NCBI GenBank assembly: GCA_032162105.1
Contig: JAVRPS010000446.1
Length of the DNA: 58,140 nt
Reading direction: 5' to 3' (one strand)
Source: Mycobacterium sp.
Lineage (GTDB): Bacteria; Actinomycetota; Actinomycetes; Mycobacteriales; Mycobacteriaceae
The notes below the pieces were generated by a model. It was given only the letters and a program-made list of their open reading frames with translations, was not told the DNA's origin and made no database searches. A program made the translations under genes and the position numbers. Below are positions 49,274-58,140 of this stretch, in pieces; position 1 is the first letter of the stretch, and every line of letters begins with the position of its first letter.

Positions 49274-50524
49274 ATGACCATCGAAATCGACCGACCGGGC
49301 GCGCCGAGCGTGTTCGACGCCGGCCTGCCTTCCATCGACTACTCGTTCGTCCAAGATCCCGAAGAGGCGCACGAAATCATCGGGCAGGCGCGGGAACGAG
49401 CGCCGATCGCGCTCGGGCCACACGGTCCCGAGTTGCTTACCTACGATCTGGTCCACGCCGTGCTGCGCGATCCGCGATTCTGTCCGCCGCAGGGGTTCAG
49501 CCTTGCCGCACAGGGCATCACCTCCGGTCCGCTGTGGGATCGGGTGGTCAACAGTCTGCTGTGCATCGACGGCGCCGAACACCACCGGCTGCGCCGACTC
49601 GTATCCAAGGCGTTCGCCCCCCGCGCCGCCGCACGACTGCGCACCACCATCGCAGAGGTCATCGACGAACTGGTGACACCGCTCACCGCCATCGGGAGCT
49701 GCGACATCGTCGACGACGTCGCGCGGCAGTACCCGATCCCGATCATCTGTGCTCTCCTCGGCACGGACCGCCGGGATTGGAAGCTGTTCTCCGACTGGAC
49801 CGACGACATGATGAAGACGTTCAGCTGGACTGCAGCCGAGGACCAGGCCGACATCCTGCGCTCGTGGAACGCGGTCGACGCATACCTCGACGACATGATC
49901 GCCGAGCGGCGCGACACCCTCACCGACGACCTGATATCCGACTTGATCCGCGCCGAGGACGACGGTGACCGCTTGACGCATGACGAACTGCTCATGCTCG
50001 CCGCCGGGCTCCTGATGGCAGGCACCGACACCACGCGAAACCAGCTGGCTGCCGCGGTCCACACCCTGTGCGACCACCCCGACCAATGGCTGCTGCTGGC
50101 TGAGCATCCAGAGCTGGCACCGAACGCAGTCGAGGAGATCATGCGCCATTCACCGGTGGCTGCTTCAACGTTCCGGACCGCGGCGGTCGACGTCGAACTG
50201 GGTGGGGTCACCATCCCGGCGGGCACGCTCACCATCGTCAACGCGGCCGCCGCCAACCGCGACCCCGCCGTCTACGACGATCCGGGCCGCCTCGACATCA
50301 CCCGCGATGCCCCGGCTGCGATGCTGACCTTCGGCGGCGGCATGCACTACTGTCTCGGATCGCACCTCGCCAGAGCCGAACTCGTCGAAGCGTTGACCGT
50401 GATCACACGGCGCATGCCCAATGCGCGCCGCACTGGACCCGCCCCATGGAAACCACTGACCGGGATGAGCGGCCCGGTCACGCTGCCCATCGAATTCGAC
50501 AAGTACGCGCCAGCTCGAGTGTGA
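49274..50524 (+). CDS. Cytochrome P450 (paralog of 36061-37305)
   Basis: RBS GAGGAG; AGTDTT, EEIMR, FGGGMHYCLG. Confidence 0.93.
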   Translation: MTIEIDRPGAPSVFDAGLPSIDYSFVQDPEEAHEIIGQARERAPIALGPHGPELLTYDLVHAVLRDPRFCPPQGFSLAAQGITSGPLWDRVVNSLLCIDGAEHHRLRRLVSKAFAPRAAARLRTTIAEVIDELVTPLTAIGSCDIVDDVARQYPIPIICALLGTDRRDWKLFSDWTDDMMKTFSWTAAEDQADILRSWNAVDAYLDDMIAERRDTLTDDLISDLIRAEDDGDRLTHDELLMLAAGLLMAGTDTTRNQLAAAVHTLCDHPDQWLLLAEHPELAPNAVEEIMRHSPVAASTFRTAAVDVELGGVTIPAGTLTIVNAAAANRDPAVYDDPGRLDITRDAPAAMLTFGGGMHYCLGSHLARAELVEALTVITRRMPNARRTGPAPWKPLTGMSGPVTLPIEFDKYAPARV

Positions 50525-50593
50525 AACTGACGACGAAATCGGCCGCGCAACGTCGTGACAGTCACACTCGCGGAGGAGACGCCGGCGCCGCGC

Positions 50594-52423
50594 CTAGTCG
50601 GCCTCAGCCAAGCGGGTCTTCAGCGCGTCGAACTCGTCCTTGATACCGGTCGGCAGCTTCTCGCCGACGAACTCGAACCACTCCTCGATCAGCGGCAGTT
50701 CCTTGCGCCACTCCTCGGCGTTGACGGCCAGCGCCAGGTCGACATCGGCGGCGTCTACGCCGAGGCCGTCCAGATCCAGATCGGTGGCCGTCGGCACGAT
50801 GCCGATCGGGGTGGTCTTGCCGTCGGCGCGGTGCTCGATCCTGTCGATCGCCCACTTCAGCACGCGGCTGTTCTCGCCGAATCCGGGCCACAGGAAGCGG
50901 CCGTCGTCGCCGCGGCGGAACCAATTCACGAAGAACACCGCGGGCATCTTGGACTCGTCCGCGTTCTTGCCGAGGTTGATCCAGTGCTGGAAGTAGTCGC
51001 CGACGTTGTAGCCGAGGAACGGCAGCATGGCCATCGGGTCGCGGCGGATCGTACCGACCTTGCCCTCGGCGGCGGCGGTCTGCTCGGAGCCCAGCGTCGC
51101 GCCGATGAAGACACCGTGCTGCCAATCGCGGGCCTGCGTGATCAGTGGAACGGTCGTCTTGCGGCGGCCGCCGAACAGGATCGCCGAGATCGGCACGCCT
51201 TGCGGGTCATCCCACTCGGGCGCCAGCGTCGGGCACTGCGAGATCGGGGTGCAGTAGCGCGAGTTCGGGTGCGCTGCTTTGGTTTCCGTCTCCCGCAGGA
51301 TCCAGTCGTTGCCCTTCCAGTCGATCAGGTGGTCGGGTTCGCCCTCCAGGCCCTCCCACCACACGTCGCCGTCGTCGGTCTTGGCGACGTTGGTGAAGAC
51401 GGTGTTACCCGCGGCGATGGTCTTCATCGCGTTGGGGTTGGAGTCCCAGTTGGTGCCCGGCGCGACGCCGAAGAAGCCGAACTCGGGGTTGACGGCGTAG
51501 AGCCTGCCGTCCTTGCCGAACCGCATCCAGGCGATGTCATCGCCGACGGTCTCGGCGCGCCAACCGGGGATGGTGGGCTGCAGCATCGCGAGGTTGGTCT
51601 TACCGCACGCCGACGGGAACGCCGCGGCAATGAAGTACGCCTTGTTCTCGGGCGAGATCAGCTTCAGGATCAGCATGTGCTCGGCGAGCCAGCCCTCGTC
51701 GTGGGCCATGGCCGACGCGATGCGCAGCGAGTAGCACTTCTTGCCAAGCAGAGCGTTGCCGCCGTAGCCCGAACCGTAGCTCCAGATCTCGCGGGTCTCG
51801 GGGAAGTGGGTGATGTACTTCGTGTCGTTGCAGGGCCACGGCACGTCCTTCTCGCCGGGCTCGAGCGGTGCGCCGAGCGAGTGCAGGGCCTTCACGAAGA
51901 AGCCGTCGTCACCGATCTTGTCCAGCGCGGCCTTGCCCATCCGGGTCATGGTGCGCATCGACACCACGACGTACTCGGAGTCGGTGATCTCGACACCCAG
52001 CTTGGGGTCCTCGGCACCGAGCGGCCCCATACAGAAGGGCACCACCCACAGCGTGCGGCCCCGCATGCACCCGCGGTACAGGTCGGTCATGAGGACCCGC
52101 ATCTCGGCGGGGTCCATCCAGTTGTTGGTCGGGCCTGCGTCGATCTCGCGCTGCGAACAGATGTAGGTGCGCGACTCGACGCGCGCCACGTCGGACGGAT
52201 CGGACAGCGCGAGGTACGAGTTCGGCTGCTTCTCGGGGTTGAGGCGCTGGAAGGTCCCGGCCTCGACGAGCTGAGCCGTGAGCCGGTCGTATTCTTCGTC
52301 GGTGCCGTCGGCGAACATCACCCGGTCGGGCTGCGTCAGCTCGGCAATCTCTTGCACCCAGGCAAGGAGGCCCGCGTGTTTGGTCGGCGCCGTATCCAGG
52401 CCCGGAATGGTCGCTGAGGTCAT
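50594..52423 (-). CDS. pckA: Phosphoenolpyruvate carboxykinase (GTP)
   Basis: [64 protein letters not shown]. Confidence 0.97.
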   Translation of the reverse strand: MTSATIPGLDTAPTKHAGLLAWVQEIAELTQPDRVMFADGTDEEYDRLTAQLVEAGTFQRLNPEKQPNSYLALSDPSDVARVESRTYICSQREIDAGPTNNWMDPAEMRVLMTDLYRGCMRGRTLWVVPFCMGPLGAEDPKLGVEITDSEYVVVSMRTMTRMGKAALDKIGDDGFFVKALHSLGAPLEPGEKDVPWPCNDTKYITHFPETREIWSYGSGYGGNALLGKKCYSLRIASAMAHDEGWLAEHMLILKLISPENKAYFIAAAFPSACGKTNLAMLQPTIPGWRAETVGDDIAWMRFGKDGRLYAVNPEFGFFGVAPGTNWDSNPNAMKTIAAGNTVFTNVAKTDDGDVWWEGLEGEPDHLIDWKGNDWILRETETKAAHPNSRYCTPISQCPTLAPEWDDPQGVPISAILFGGRRKTTVPLITQARDWQHGVFIGATLGSEQTAAAEGKVGTIRRDPMAMLPFLGYNVGDYFQHWINLGKNADESKMPAVFFVNWFRRGDDGRFLWPGFGENSRVLKWAIDRIEHRADGKTTPIGIVPTATDLDLDGLGVDAADVDLALAVNAEEWRKELPLIEEWFEFVGEKLPTGIKDEFDALKTRLAEAD

Positions 52424-52577
52424 CGAATTCTCCTGCTGGCGGTCACGGTCATCGCTTACTAGAGGTTAACGCGGGTGACATACCCGCGGAGAATCGAGCC
52501 TATGTCCGATCGCTCACAGGAACGATTCAGATGCCGAATTTCGCCATTTCCCGTCATTCGGCCTCAATCAGGGCGGT

Positions 52578-53723
52578 CTATTGTGCCGACGGTCGAATTT
52601 CCGATCGGGCCGCGGCGGCCGGGTCACGGGCGGCGAGCTCGCTGGTGAATGCGATCTCGGTGTCCAGTAGCCGGCGGGCGACCGTCTCCTCCGCACAGGT
52701 CCGCAGTGTGGAGGTGACCTCGCCGACCCACCTGTCCATCAGCGCCCTGTCGTGCAGGACACCACGGATGCCGACCACCCAGATCGTCAGCAGCAGTCCG
52801 ACGACGCCACCGACGAGAAGCCCGATCAGGTCCGAGCCGGGCCCCAGCTGAACCGTCAGACGGCTCAGCGTCAGCGCCACCCCAAGGCCGAAGCCGCCAC
52901 CGAGCACCAACATCAGCCGGGTCTCCAGCCGACGCGACGACGGTCGTGGCAGGGGCAGTCCGTGCGACGGTGGTGCAGCCGACGGCGGTGGCGGCGTCAG
53001 CGCGAGCGCGCCTGCGACCTGACGGATCGTGGCGTCGATGGCTTCATCTATCGCCAAGTCCAACTCCGCATCGAAGTCGGCCACGGCGTCGCGCACTCGG
53101 TCGGCGAACCGGGCCGTCGCGCCACGCGGCAGTTCGACCGCCTCCGCGCGCAGGTCGGCACCGATCGCCGCGCACCGTCGGCGCACGAAGTAGACCAGCG
53201 TCAGGCGGGCCTTCTGGATTCCGCCCCGCACGGCTAGGGCATCCGCGGATCTCGACGACCGGTGTCCGCGGAACACGCTGGCCCGCAGCCGGTTTCGCTG
53301 GTTCAGATCCGGACGGGCGAGGCAGGCTCGCAGCGTGTCGACGAGTTCGTCAACATCGGGTTCGCCGAGATCGGGAGCCGCGGCGACCCCCACCCACGGC
53401 ACCTGCCGGTAGCGCTCGTCCCGTCGGGCCACCAGTGCGCGGTCGGCGGTCAGCACCTCACGCCACCCGCGGTGGGCGTCGATCTTGGAAACCGCCGCGA
53501 TCACCAGGTCGGTGCCTGCCGCGGCCCGTTCGATCAGATCGACGTCGGAGTCGGCCAGCGGTGCGACGGCCGAAGCGACGATCACCACCGCATCGGGTGT
53601 GGTCGGCCCGAGCGCCTCGACGACCGTGTGGTCGGGCAGGCGCTCCGCGACCGCCGCGGCGAGGCTGGAGGCGCCGGCCGACGGCGGCCCGACCACCGCG
53701 ATGACACGGCTGGGCGCGGTCAC
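52578..53723 (-). CDS. Rv0210-like membrane protein with a degenerate GTPase (dynamin/Ini-like) N-terminal domain
   Basis: VVGPPSAGASS, SKID, helical region, C-terminal TM hairpin. Synteny. Confidence 0.75.
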   Translation of the reverse strand: MTAPSRVIAVVGPPSAGASSLAAAVAERLPDHTVVEALGPTTPDAVVIVASAVAPLADSDVDLIERAAAGTDLVIAAVSKIDAHRGWREVLTADRALVARRDERYRQVPWVGVAAAPDLGEPDVDELVDTLRACLARPDLNQRNRLRASVFRGHRSSRSADALAVRGGIQKARLTLVYFVRRRCAAIGADLRAEAVELPRGATARFADRVRDAVADFDAELDLAIDEAIDATIRQVAGALALTPPPPSAAPPSHGLPLPRPSSRRLETRLMLVLGGGFGLGVALTLSRLTVQLGPGSDLIGLLVGGVVGLLLTIWVVGIRGVLHDRALMDRWVGEVTSTLRTCAEETVARRLLDTEIAFTSELAARDPAAAARSEIRPSAQ

Positions 53724-54721
53724 CAGAAGCCGTCAAGCAGTCGCAGCGATCCGCGGGTGATGTCCGCGCCGCATCGGCGGTGCAGCGCATCGACGGGCCC
53801 TCGGCTATACCGCCGCCACTGCGCAGCGCGGCGCCGGTGCGCGTCGGGGTCATCACCGGGGTCGACCCGGATGCCGTCGGCTTCCACGACGTCGACGGCC
53901 GCCGTCATCGTGGCGAGCACCGCGGCGTCGGAGTTGAGCAGCCCGAGCAAGGCTTGGTCATCCAATTGAACTGCCAGCGAATGCATCTCGGCCAACGCCG
54001 CCCGAAGTCGCCGATAGCGGACTGGGGCGGAGGACGCGTCGAGCCTGGCCAGTACGGCGTCGACGTTGCTCAGCCGTTGCAGGAGCGTCGGCAGCGTGGC
54101 CGGGTCGGCGCCGCGGGCCAACGCGAGCACGGCGTGTGCGATGCCGAACCGGTCGAGGCGTTCGAGCAGACGCGTCCGGATCTCGCGGCCGACGGGGTGA
54201 TCACCACTGGTGAAGGCGTCGACGGAACGGAGGTCGGCGGCCGTGTGCACCAGCGAGCGCAGCGCGTCGACGAGGTCATCGTCGAGCGCCGTTGTCTTCC
54301 CCAATAGACCGACCATGGCGACGGTCGGCGTTCCGGTGCGCCGTTGCACGTCGGCCGCCGTGCGGTGCGCGTTCGGCAGTGCGCCGCCGGATCGCGATCC
54401 GGTCAGATCGGCCTTGTTCAGCACGATGAGCGTCGGCCTGTCGGTCGCCGCCATCGCCCGCTCCTCCGGCTTGAGCGCTTCGGCGATCACCAGCACCTGG
54501 ACGTCTGCGGCGGCGGTGTCGGCGGTGACGGCGACGCCGTGGTCGCGCAGTGCGGCGGCCACCGTATCGCGGCCCACCCCGGCCCGGCCCACCACCGCAA
54601 CCCCGACCCGACGCGTGAGACGGGCGATGATCTGCGAAAATTGCGGCATCGGCGCGGTCTCAGCGAATCGCGTCAGATGCTCGCTGAAAGTCGTAGCAAC
54701 GTCGGCTGATGGATTCGGCAT
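53720..54721 (-). CDS. Rv0209-like protein with a degenerate GTPase (IniC-like) domain; start uncertain
   Basis: VVGRAGVGRDT, VLNKADL, RLLERLDRFGI. The stop overlaps the next gene's start. Confidence 0.75.
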   Translation of the reverse strand: MPNPSADVATTFSEHLTRFAETAPMPQFSQIIARLTRRVGVAVVGRAGVGRDTVAAALRDHGVAVTADTAAADVQVLVIAEALKPEERAMAATDRPTLIVLNKADLTGSRSGGALPNAHRTAADVQRRTGTPTVAMVGLLGKTTALDDDLVDALRSLVHTAADLRSVDAFTSGDHPVGREIRTRLLERLDRFGIAHAVLALARGADPATLPTLLQRLSNVDAVLARLDASSAPVRYRRLRAALAEMHSLAVQLDDQALLGLLNSDAAVLATMTAAVDVVEADGIRVDPGDDPDAHRRRAAQWRRYSRGPVDALHRRCGADITRGSLRLLDGFW

Positions 54722-54858
54722 AACTCGGTAAACCCCCAGGCCATCGTCGCATCTCGGCGACGCCATCATGAGCGGAGATTTTGCGGTACCCGGCCCACGC
54801 GGACGGAAGGCAACTGTTGGGTATCAATCTGTACCACGATGCGGGTCCACCGGCCTCG

Positions 54859-55623
54859 ATGAGCGACGATGGACGGATGTATGCCCAGCGCGAGGAGGCC
54901 GCCCTCGAAGCGGCCGGGATCCCTGCGCACCCCTACCCCCGCATCACCAGTTTCCGGTCAAGACGTTCGGCGCTCTCGGGTGGTCAGCAGGAAACCTGGG
55001 AACGTCGCTGGCCCGAGCTCGGCATGCAGGCCAGAGACTCCGACGGCCTGCCAACCGGCTCGTTGGACACCGAGTCGTGGTTCGGCCGGTCGGCACCCTT
55101 GGTTCTGGAGATCGGCTGCGGCGCAGGAATCTCGACCCTGGCGATGGCAGCAGCCGAACCCGACCTCGACGTCATGGCCGTCGAGGTCTACCGGCGCGGG
55201 CTCGCCCAACTGCTCAGCGGTGTCGATCGGGCAGGCCTGACCAACGTCCGGCTGATCCGTGGCGACGGCGTCGACGTGCTTGAGCACATGCTGGCTCCGG
55301 GGTCGCTGACCGGCGTGCGGGTGTTCTTCCCCGATCCGTGGCCCAAGGCGCGCCACCACAAGCGCCGGCTGTTGCAGCCGTCGACGGTGGCGCTGATCGC
55401 CGACCGACTCGAACCCGGCGGTGTACTGCACGCCGCCACCGATCACGCCGGGTACGCCGAACAGATCGCCGAGGTCGGCGACGCCGAGCCGCTGCTGCAC
55501 CGGGTGGCCGTCGATGCCGTGGGCTTGCCGATCTCGGTGAGTCGCCCCGTCACGAAGTACGAGGCGAAGGCCCGGCACGCCGGGAGTGCCATCAGCGAAT
55601 TCCTCTGGGAGAAGACCCGATGA
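54859..55623 (+). CDS. trmB: tRNA (guanine-N7)-methyltransferase
   Basis: LEIGCGAG, FFPDPWPKARHHKRR, ATDHAGY, TKYE. Confidence 0.95.
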   Translation: MSDDGRMYAQREEAALEAAGIPAHPYPRITSFRSRRSALSGGQQETWERRWPELGMQARDSDGLPTGSLDTESWFGRSAPLVLEIGCGAGISTLAMAAAEPDLDVMAVEVYRRGLAQLLSGVDRAGLTNVRLIRGDGVDVLEHMLAPGSLTGVRVFFPDPWPKARHHKRRLLQPSTVALIADRLEPGGVLHAATDHAGYAEQIAEVGDAEPLLHRVAVDAVGLPISVSRPVTKYEAKARHAGSAISEFLWEKTR

Positions 55624-56321
55624 GCATTACCGAAGAAATCCAGGATCTGGGGCAGAATCCCGAGTCGCCCGCAGCGCCGGTCGCCGTGCCGGAGCGGGTG
55701 CTTCTGGTCTGGGACGCCCCGAATCTCGACATGGGTCTCGGCTCCATCCTCGGCGGCAGGCCGACCGCGGCGCACCGCCCTCGGTTCGACGCGCTAGGCC
55801 GCTGGCTTCTGGCCCGCACCGCCGAACTGTCCGCCGCCCGCGCCCACGAGGACCCGCAAGTCTCGCTTGAGCCGGAGGCCACGGTCTTCACCAACATCGC
55901 GTCCGGAAGCGCCGACGTCGTGCGCCCGTGGGTGGAGGCGCTGCGCAACGTCGGCTTCGCGGTGTTCGCCAAACCCAAGATCGACGACGACAGCGATGTC
56001 GACAGCGACATGCTCAACCACATCGCGCTGCGCCGCAGCGAAGGTCTTGCCAGCGTATTCGTGGCGTCCGCCGACGGGCAGGCGTTCCGGTTGCCGCTCG
56101 AGGAGCTGGCTCGCGATGGCATCGAAGTACACGTTCTCGGATTTCGCGAACATGCGAGTTGGGCACTAGCGTCGGATACCTTGGAGTTCGTCGACCTCGA
56201 AGACATTCCTGGTGTCTTCAGGGAGCCGTTACCGCGAATCGGCCTTGATTCGCTGCCCGAGCAGGGCGCTTGGCTGCAGCCGTTCCGACCGCTGTCTTCG
56301 CTACTGACGTCGCGCGTCTGA
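55620..56321 (+). CDS. NYN-domain protein (Rv0207c-like)
   Basis: WDAPNLDMG, DVDSDM, ASADGQAF, DLEDI. ATGA overlap with trmB. Confidence 0.88.
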   Translation: MSITEEIQDLGQNPESPAAPVAVPERVLLVWDAPNLDMGLGSILGGRPTAAHRPRFDALGRWLLARTAELSAARAHEDPQVSLEPEATVFTNIASGSADVVRPWVEALRNVGFAVFAKPKIDDDSDVDSDMLNHIALRRSEGLASVFVASADGQAFRLPLEELARDGIEVHVLGFREHASWALASDTLEFVDLEDIPGVFREPLPRIGLDSLPEQGAWLQPFRPLSSLLTSRV

Positions 56322-56371
56322 CAACTTAAGCAGCTCGGGCCGAAAGACTTGAAGATCAGTTAGGAGCTCAC

Positions 56372-58140
56372 GTGTTCGCCTGGTGGGGTCGAACGGTGTA
56401 CCGATTCCGATACGCGGTGATCGGAGTCATGGTCGCACTGTGCGTTGGCGGCGGCATCTACGGCATCAGCCTGGGCCAGCACGTCACGCAGAGTGGCTTC
56501 TACGACGACGGCAGCCAGTCGGTGCACGCGTCGGTGATCAGCGACGAGGCCTACGGACGTGACACGTCGGGCCACATCGTTGCCATCTACACCGCGCCCG
56601 ACGGCAAGACGGTCGACGATCCGGCGTTCCAGAAGAAGGTCCTGGACAACCTCGCCCAGGTCGAAAAGGACCACCCCGACCAGATTCTGCGCTCGATCGG
56701 TTACTTCAAGAGCCCCGAGCTGCTGAAGAACATGGCAGACGCCGACAAGAAGCAAGCCTTCATGTCCGTGCAGCTGAAGGGCGACAACGACGACCAGATC
56801 CTGAACAACTACAACAAGAACGTCGGCGAGGACGGCAAGACCGTCAAAGAGGCACTGAACATCGACGGCGTCAGCGTTCAACAGGCCGGCCTGCAACCGC
56901 TGGCCAGTGAGTTGACCGGCACCATCGGCGAGGACCAGAAGCGCGCCGAGGTGGCCGCCATCCCGCTGGTCTGCGTGGTGCTGTTCTTCGTGTTCGGCAC
57001 CGTGATTGCGGCCGCACTCCCAGGGCTCATCGGCGGCCTGACCATCGCGGGCGCCCTCGGCGTCATGCGCCTGATCGCCGAGTTCATCCCCGTGCACTTC
57101 TTCGCCCAGCCGGTGGTGACCCTGATGGGACTCGGCATCGCGGTCGACTACGGCCTATTCATGGTGAGCCGATTCCGGGAGGAGCTCGCCGAGGGCTACG
57201 ACACCGAGGCAGCGGTGCGTCGCACGGTGATGACCTCGGGCCGGACCATCATGTTCTCCGCGGTGATCCTGGTTGCGTCCTCAGTACCGCTGCTGTTGTT
57301 CCCACAGGGCTTCCTCAAGTCGATCACCTACGCGATCATCGCCTCGGTCATGTTGGCGGCGATCCTGTCGATCACCGTGCTGGCCGCCGCCCTGGCCATC
57401 CTCGGGCCCCGCGTCGATTCCGTTGGCGTGAAGATGCTGGTGCGGTTCGCCCAGCCCGATCCCATCACCTCCGACCGCTCCAATCCACGCTCCAATCCCC
57501 TCGCACTGGCATCGATCCCGGTCGGGATCTTGCTTCCGCCGCTGGGCATCGCGTTCGGACACATCGCCCGATCCCGCATCAGGACGACCGGTGAACGCGG
57601 CGCAGGGCTCGCCCTCATCGGTTTGGTCCTCGGCTATGTCAGCCTGATGTGCGCGCTCGGATACGGAGTGGTCGCCCTTCGCGACGCAGGCATCGTCGAA
57701 AGTGCGCTCTACTGGATCCTGCTGGGCATCGTGATCTTCGTCTCGGTGGTCATCGCCGGACTCGCCCTGGCGCGGGCCGTGCCGCTCCTACGCGGCCCGA
57801 TCGTCTGGTGGCTGAACTGGCTGGCCGAGAAGACCCAGAAGACCAAGACGCGCGCCGAGGTCGAGAAGGGCTTCTGGGGCAAGCTCGTCAACGTCGTGAT
57901 GAGGCGCCCCGGCGCATTCGCGCTGCCGATCGTCATCGTGATGATCATCCTCATCATTCCGCTGGGCCAGCTCGCCCTCGGCGGCATCAGCGAGAAGTAC
58001 CTGCCGCCCGACAATGCGGTCCGGGTGGCGCAGGAAGAGTTCGACAAGACCTTTCCCGGATTCCGCACCGAACCACTGACGCTGGTGATCGAGAGCGACA
58101 ACGGCCAGCCGGTCAGCGACCAGCAGATCGCCGAGGTCCG
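56372..58140 (+). CDS. mmpL3: Trehalose monomycolate transporter MmpL3 (3'-truncated; missing from the ORF track), carrying a large internal insertion
   Basis: RBS AGGAG, GTG 56372: MFAWWGRTVYRFRY...HVTQSGFYD...GLGIAVDYGLFMVSRFREE (Asp-Tyr pair)...GGISEKYLPPDN. Open to the window end. Confidence 0.96.
   Translation, partial: MFAWWGRTVYRFRYAVIGVMVALCVGGGIYGISLGQHVTQSGFYDDGSQSVHASVISDEAYGRDTSGHIVAIYTAPDGKTVDDPAFQKKVLDNLAQVEKDHPDQILRSIGYFKSPELLKNMADADKKQAFMSVQLKGDNDDQILNNYNKNVGEDGKTVKEALNIDGVSVQQAGLQPLASELTGTIGEDQKRAEVAAIPLVCVVLFFVFGTVIAAALPGLIGGLTIAGALGVMRLIAEFIPVHFFAQPVVTLMGLGIAVDYGLFMVSRFREELAEGYDTEAAVRRTVMTSGRTIMFSAVILVASSVPLLLFPQGFLKSITYAIIASVMLAAILSITVLAAALAILGPRVDSVGVKMLVRFAQPDPITSDRSNPRSNPLALASIPVGILLPPLGIAFGHIARSRIRTTGERGAGLALIGLVLGYVSLMCALGYGVVALRDAGIVESALYWILLGIVIFVSVVIAGLALARAVPLLRGPIVWWLNWLAEKTQKTKTRAEVEKGFWGKLVNVVMRRPGAFALPIVIVMIILIIPLGQLALGGISEKYLPPDNAVRVAQEEFDKTFPGFRTEPLTLVIESDNGQPVSDQQIAEV

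Noticed and set aside
50555-52417. 620-aa ORF antisense to pckA
   Set aside because: Codon-mirror of a highly biased gene, with no independent evidence.
52470-52488. CGCGGGT-N5-ACCCGCG inverted repeat upstream of pckA
   Set aside because: Single copy and GC-rich; cannot be assigned as operator or hairpin.
56360-58101. Minus-strand ORFs at the window end
   Set aside because: Antisense to mmpL3, which the track omitted because its stop lies outside the window.
1-58140. CRISPR arrays, tRNA/rRNA, IS elements, prophage or defence genes
   Set aside because: No spaced direct-repeat array, RNA-gene signature, transposase, integrase or defence motifs were recognised by eye; a covariance or HMM search would be needed to exclude small ncRNAs.

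Overview
High-GC actinobacterial DNA. Gene content and order identify it as a rapid-growing mycobacterium (Mycolicibacterium-like). The window covers the conserved cell-envelope and lipid region from aftD (5'-truncated) to mmpL3 (3'-truncated), syntenic with M. tuberculosis Rv0236c to Rv0206c. Core genes are aftD, php, the tmaT/Rv0227c/Rv0226c/Rv0225/mtrP cluster, an Rv0223c-type aldehyde dehydrogenase, nat, the Rv1428c-fadD12-lipO-like operon, WS/DGAT, lipC, lipW, fadE3, fadD4, pckA, Rv0210/Rv0209, trmB and a NYN protein. Accessory lipid-catabolic genes, regulators, two paralogous P450s and a cyclase-NTPase-LuxR regulator are interspersed. The most unusual observation is an in-frame insertion of about 110 aa, with a DUF4190-like membrane domain, inside the TM6-TM7 loop of MmpL3. 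Other findings are a back-to-back deletion scar joining an ABC-permease 3' end to a GntR-UTRA 3' end, an uncalled 44-aa ORF coupled to a TetR with paired operators, a frameshifted small gene, an orphan modA, and KstR-, CRP- and other operator-like sites. No rRNA, tRNA, CRISPR array or transposase was recognised. All ortholog names come from recalled motifs and synteny, not from database searches.
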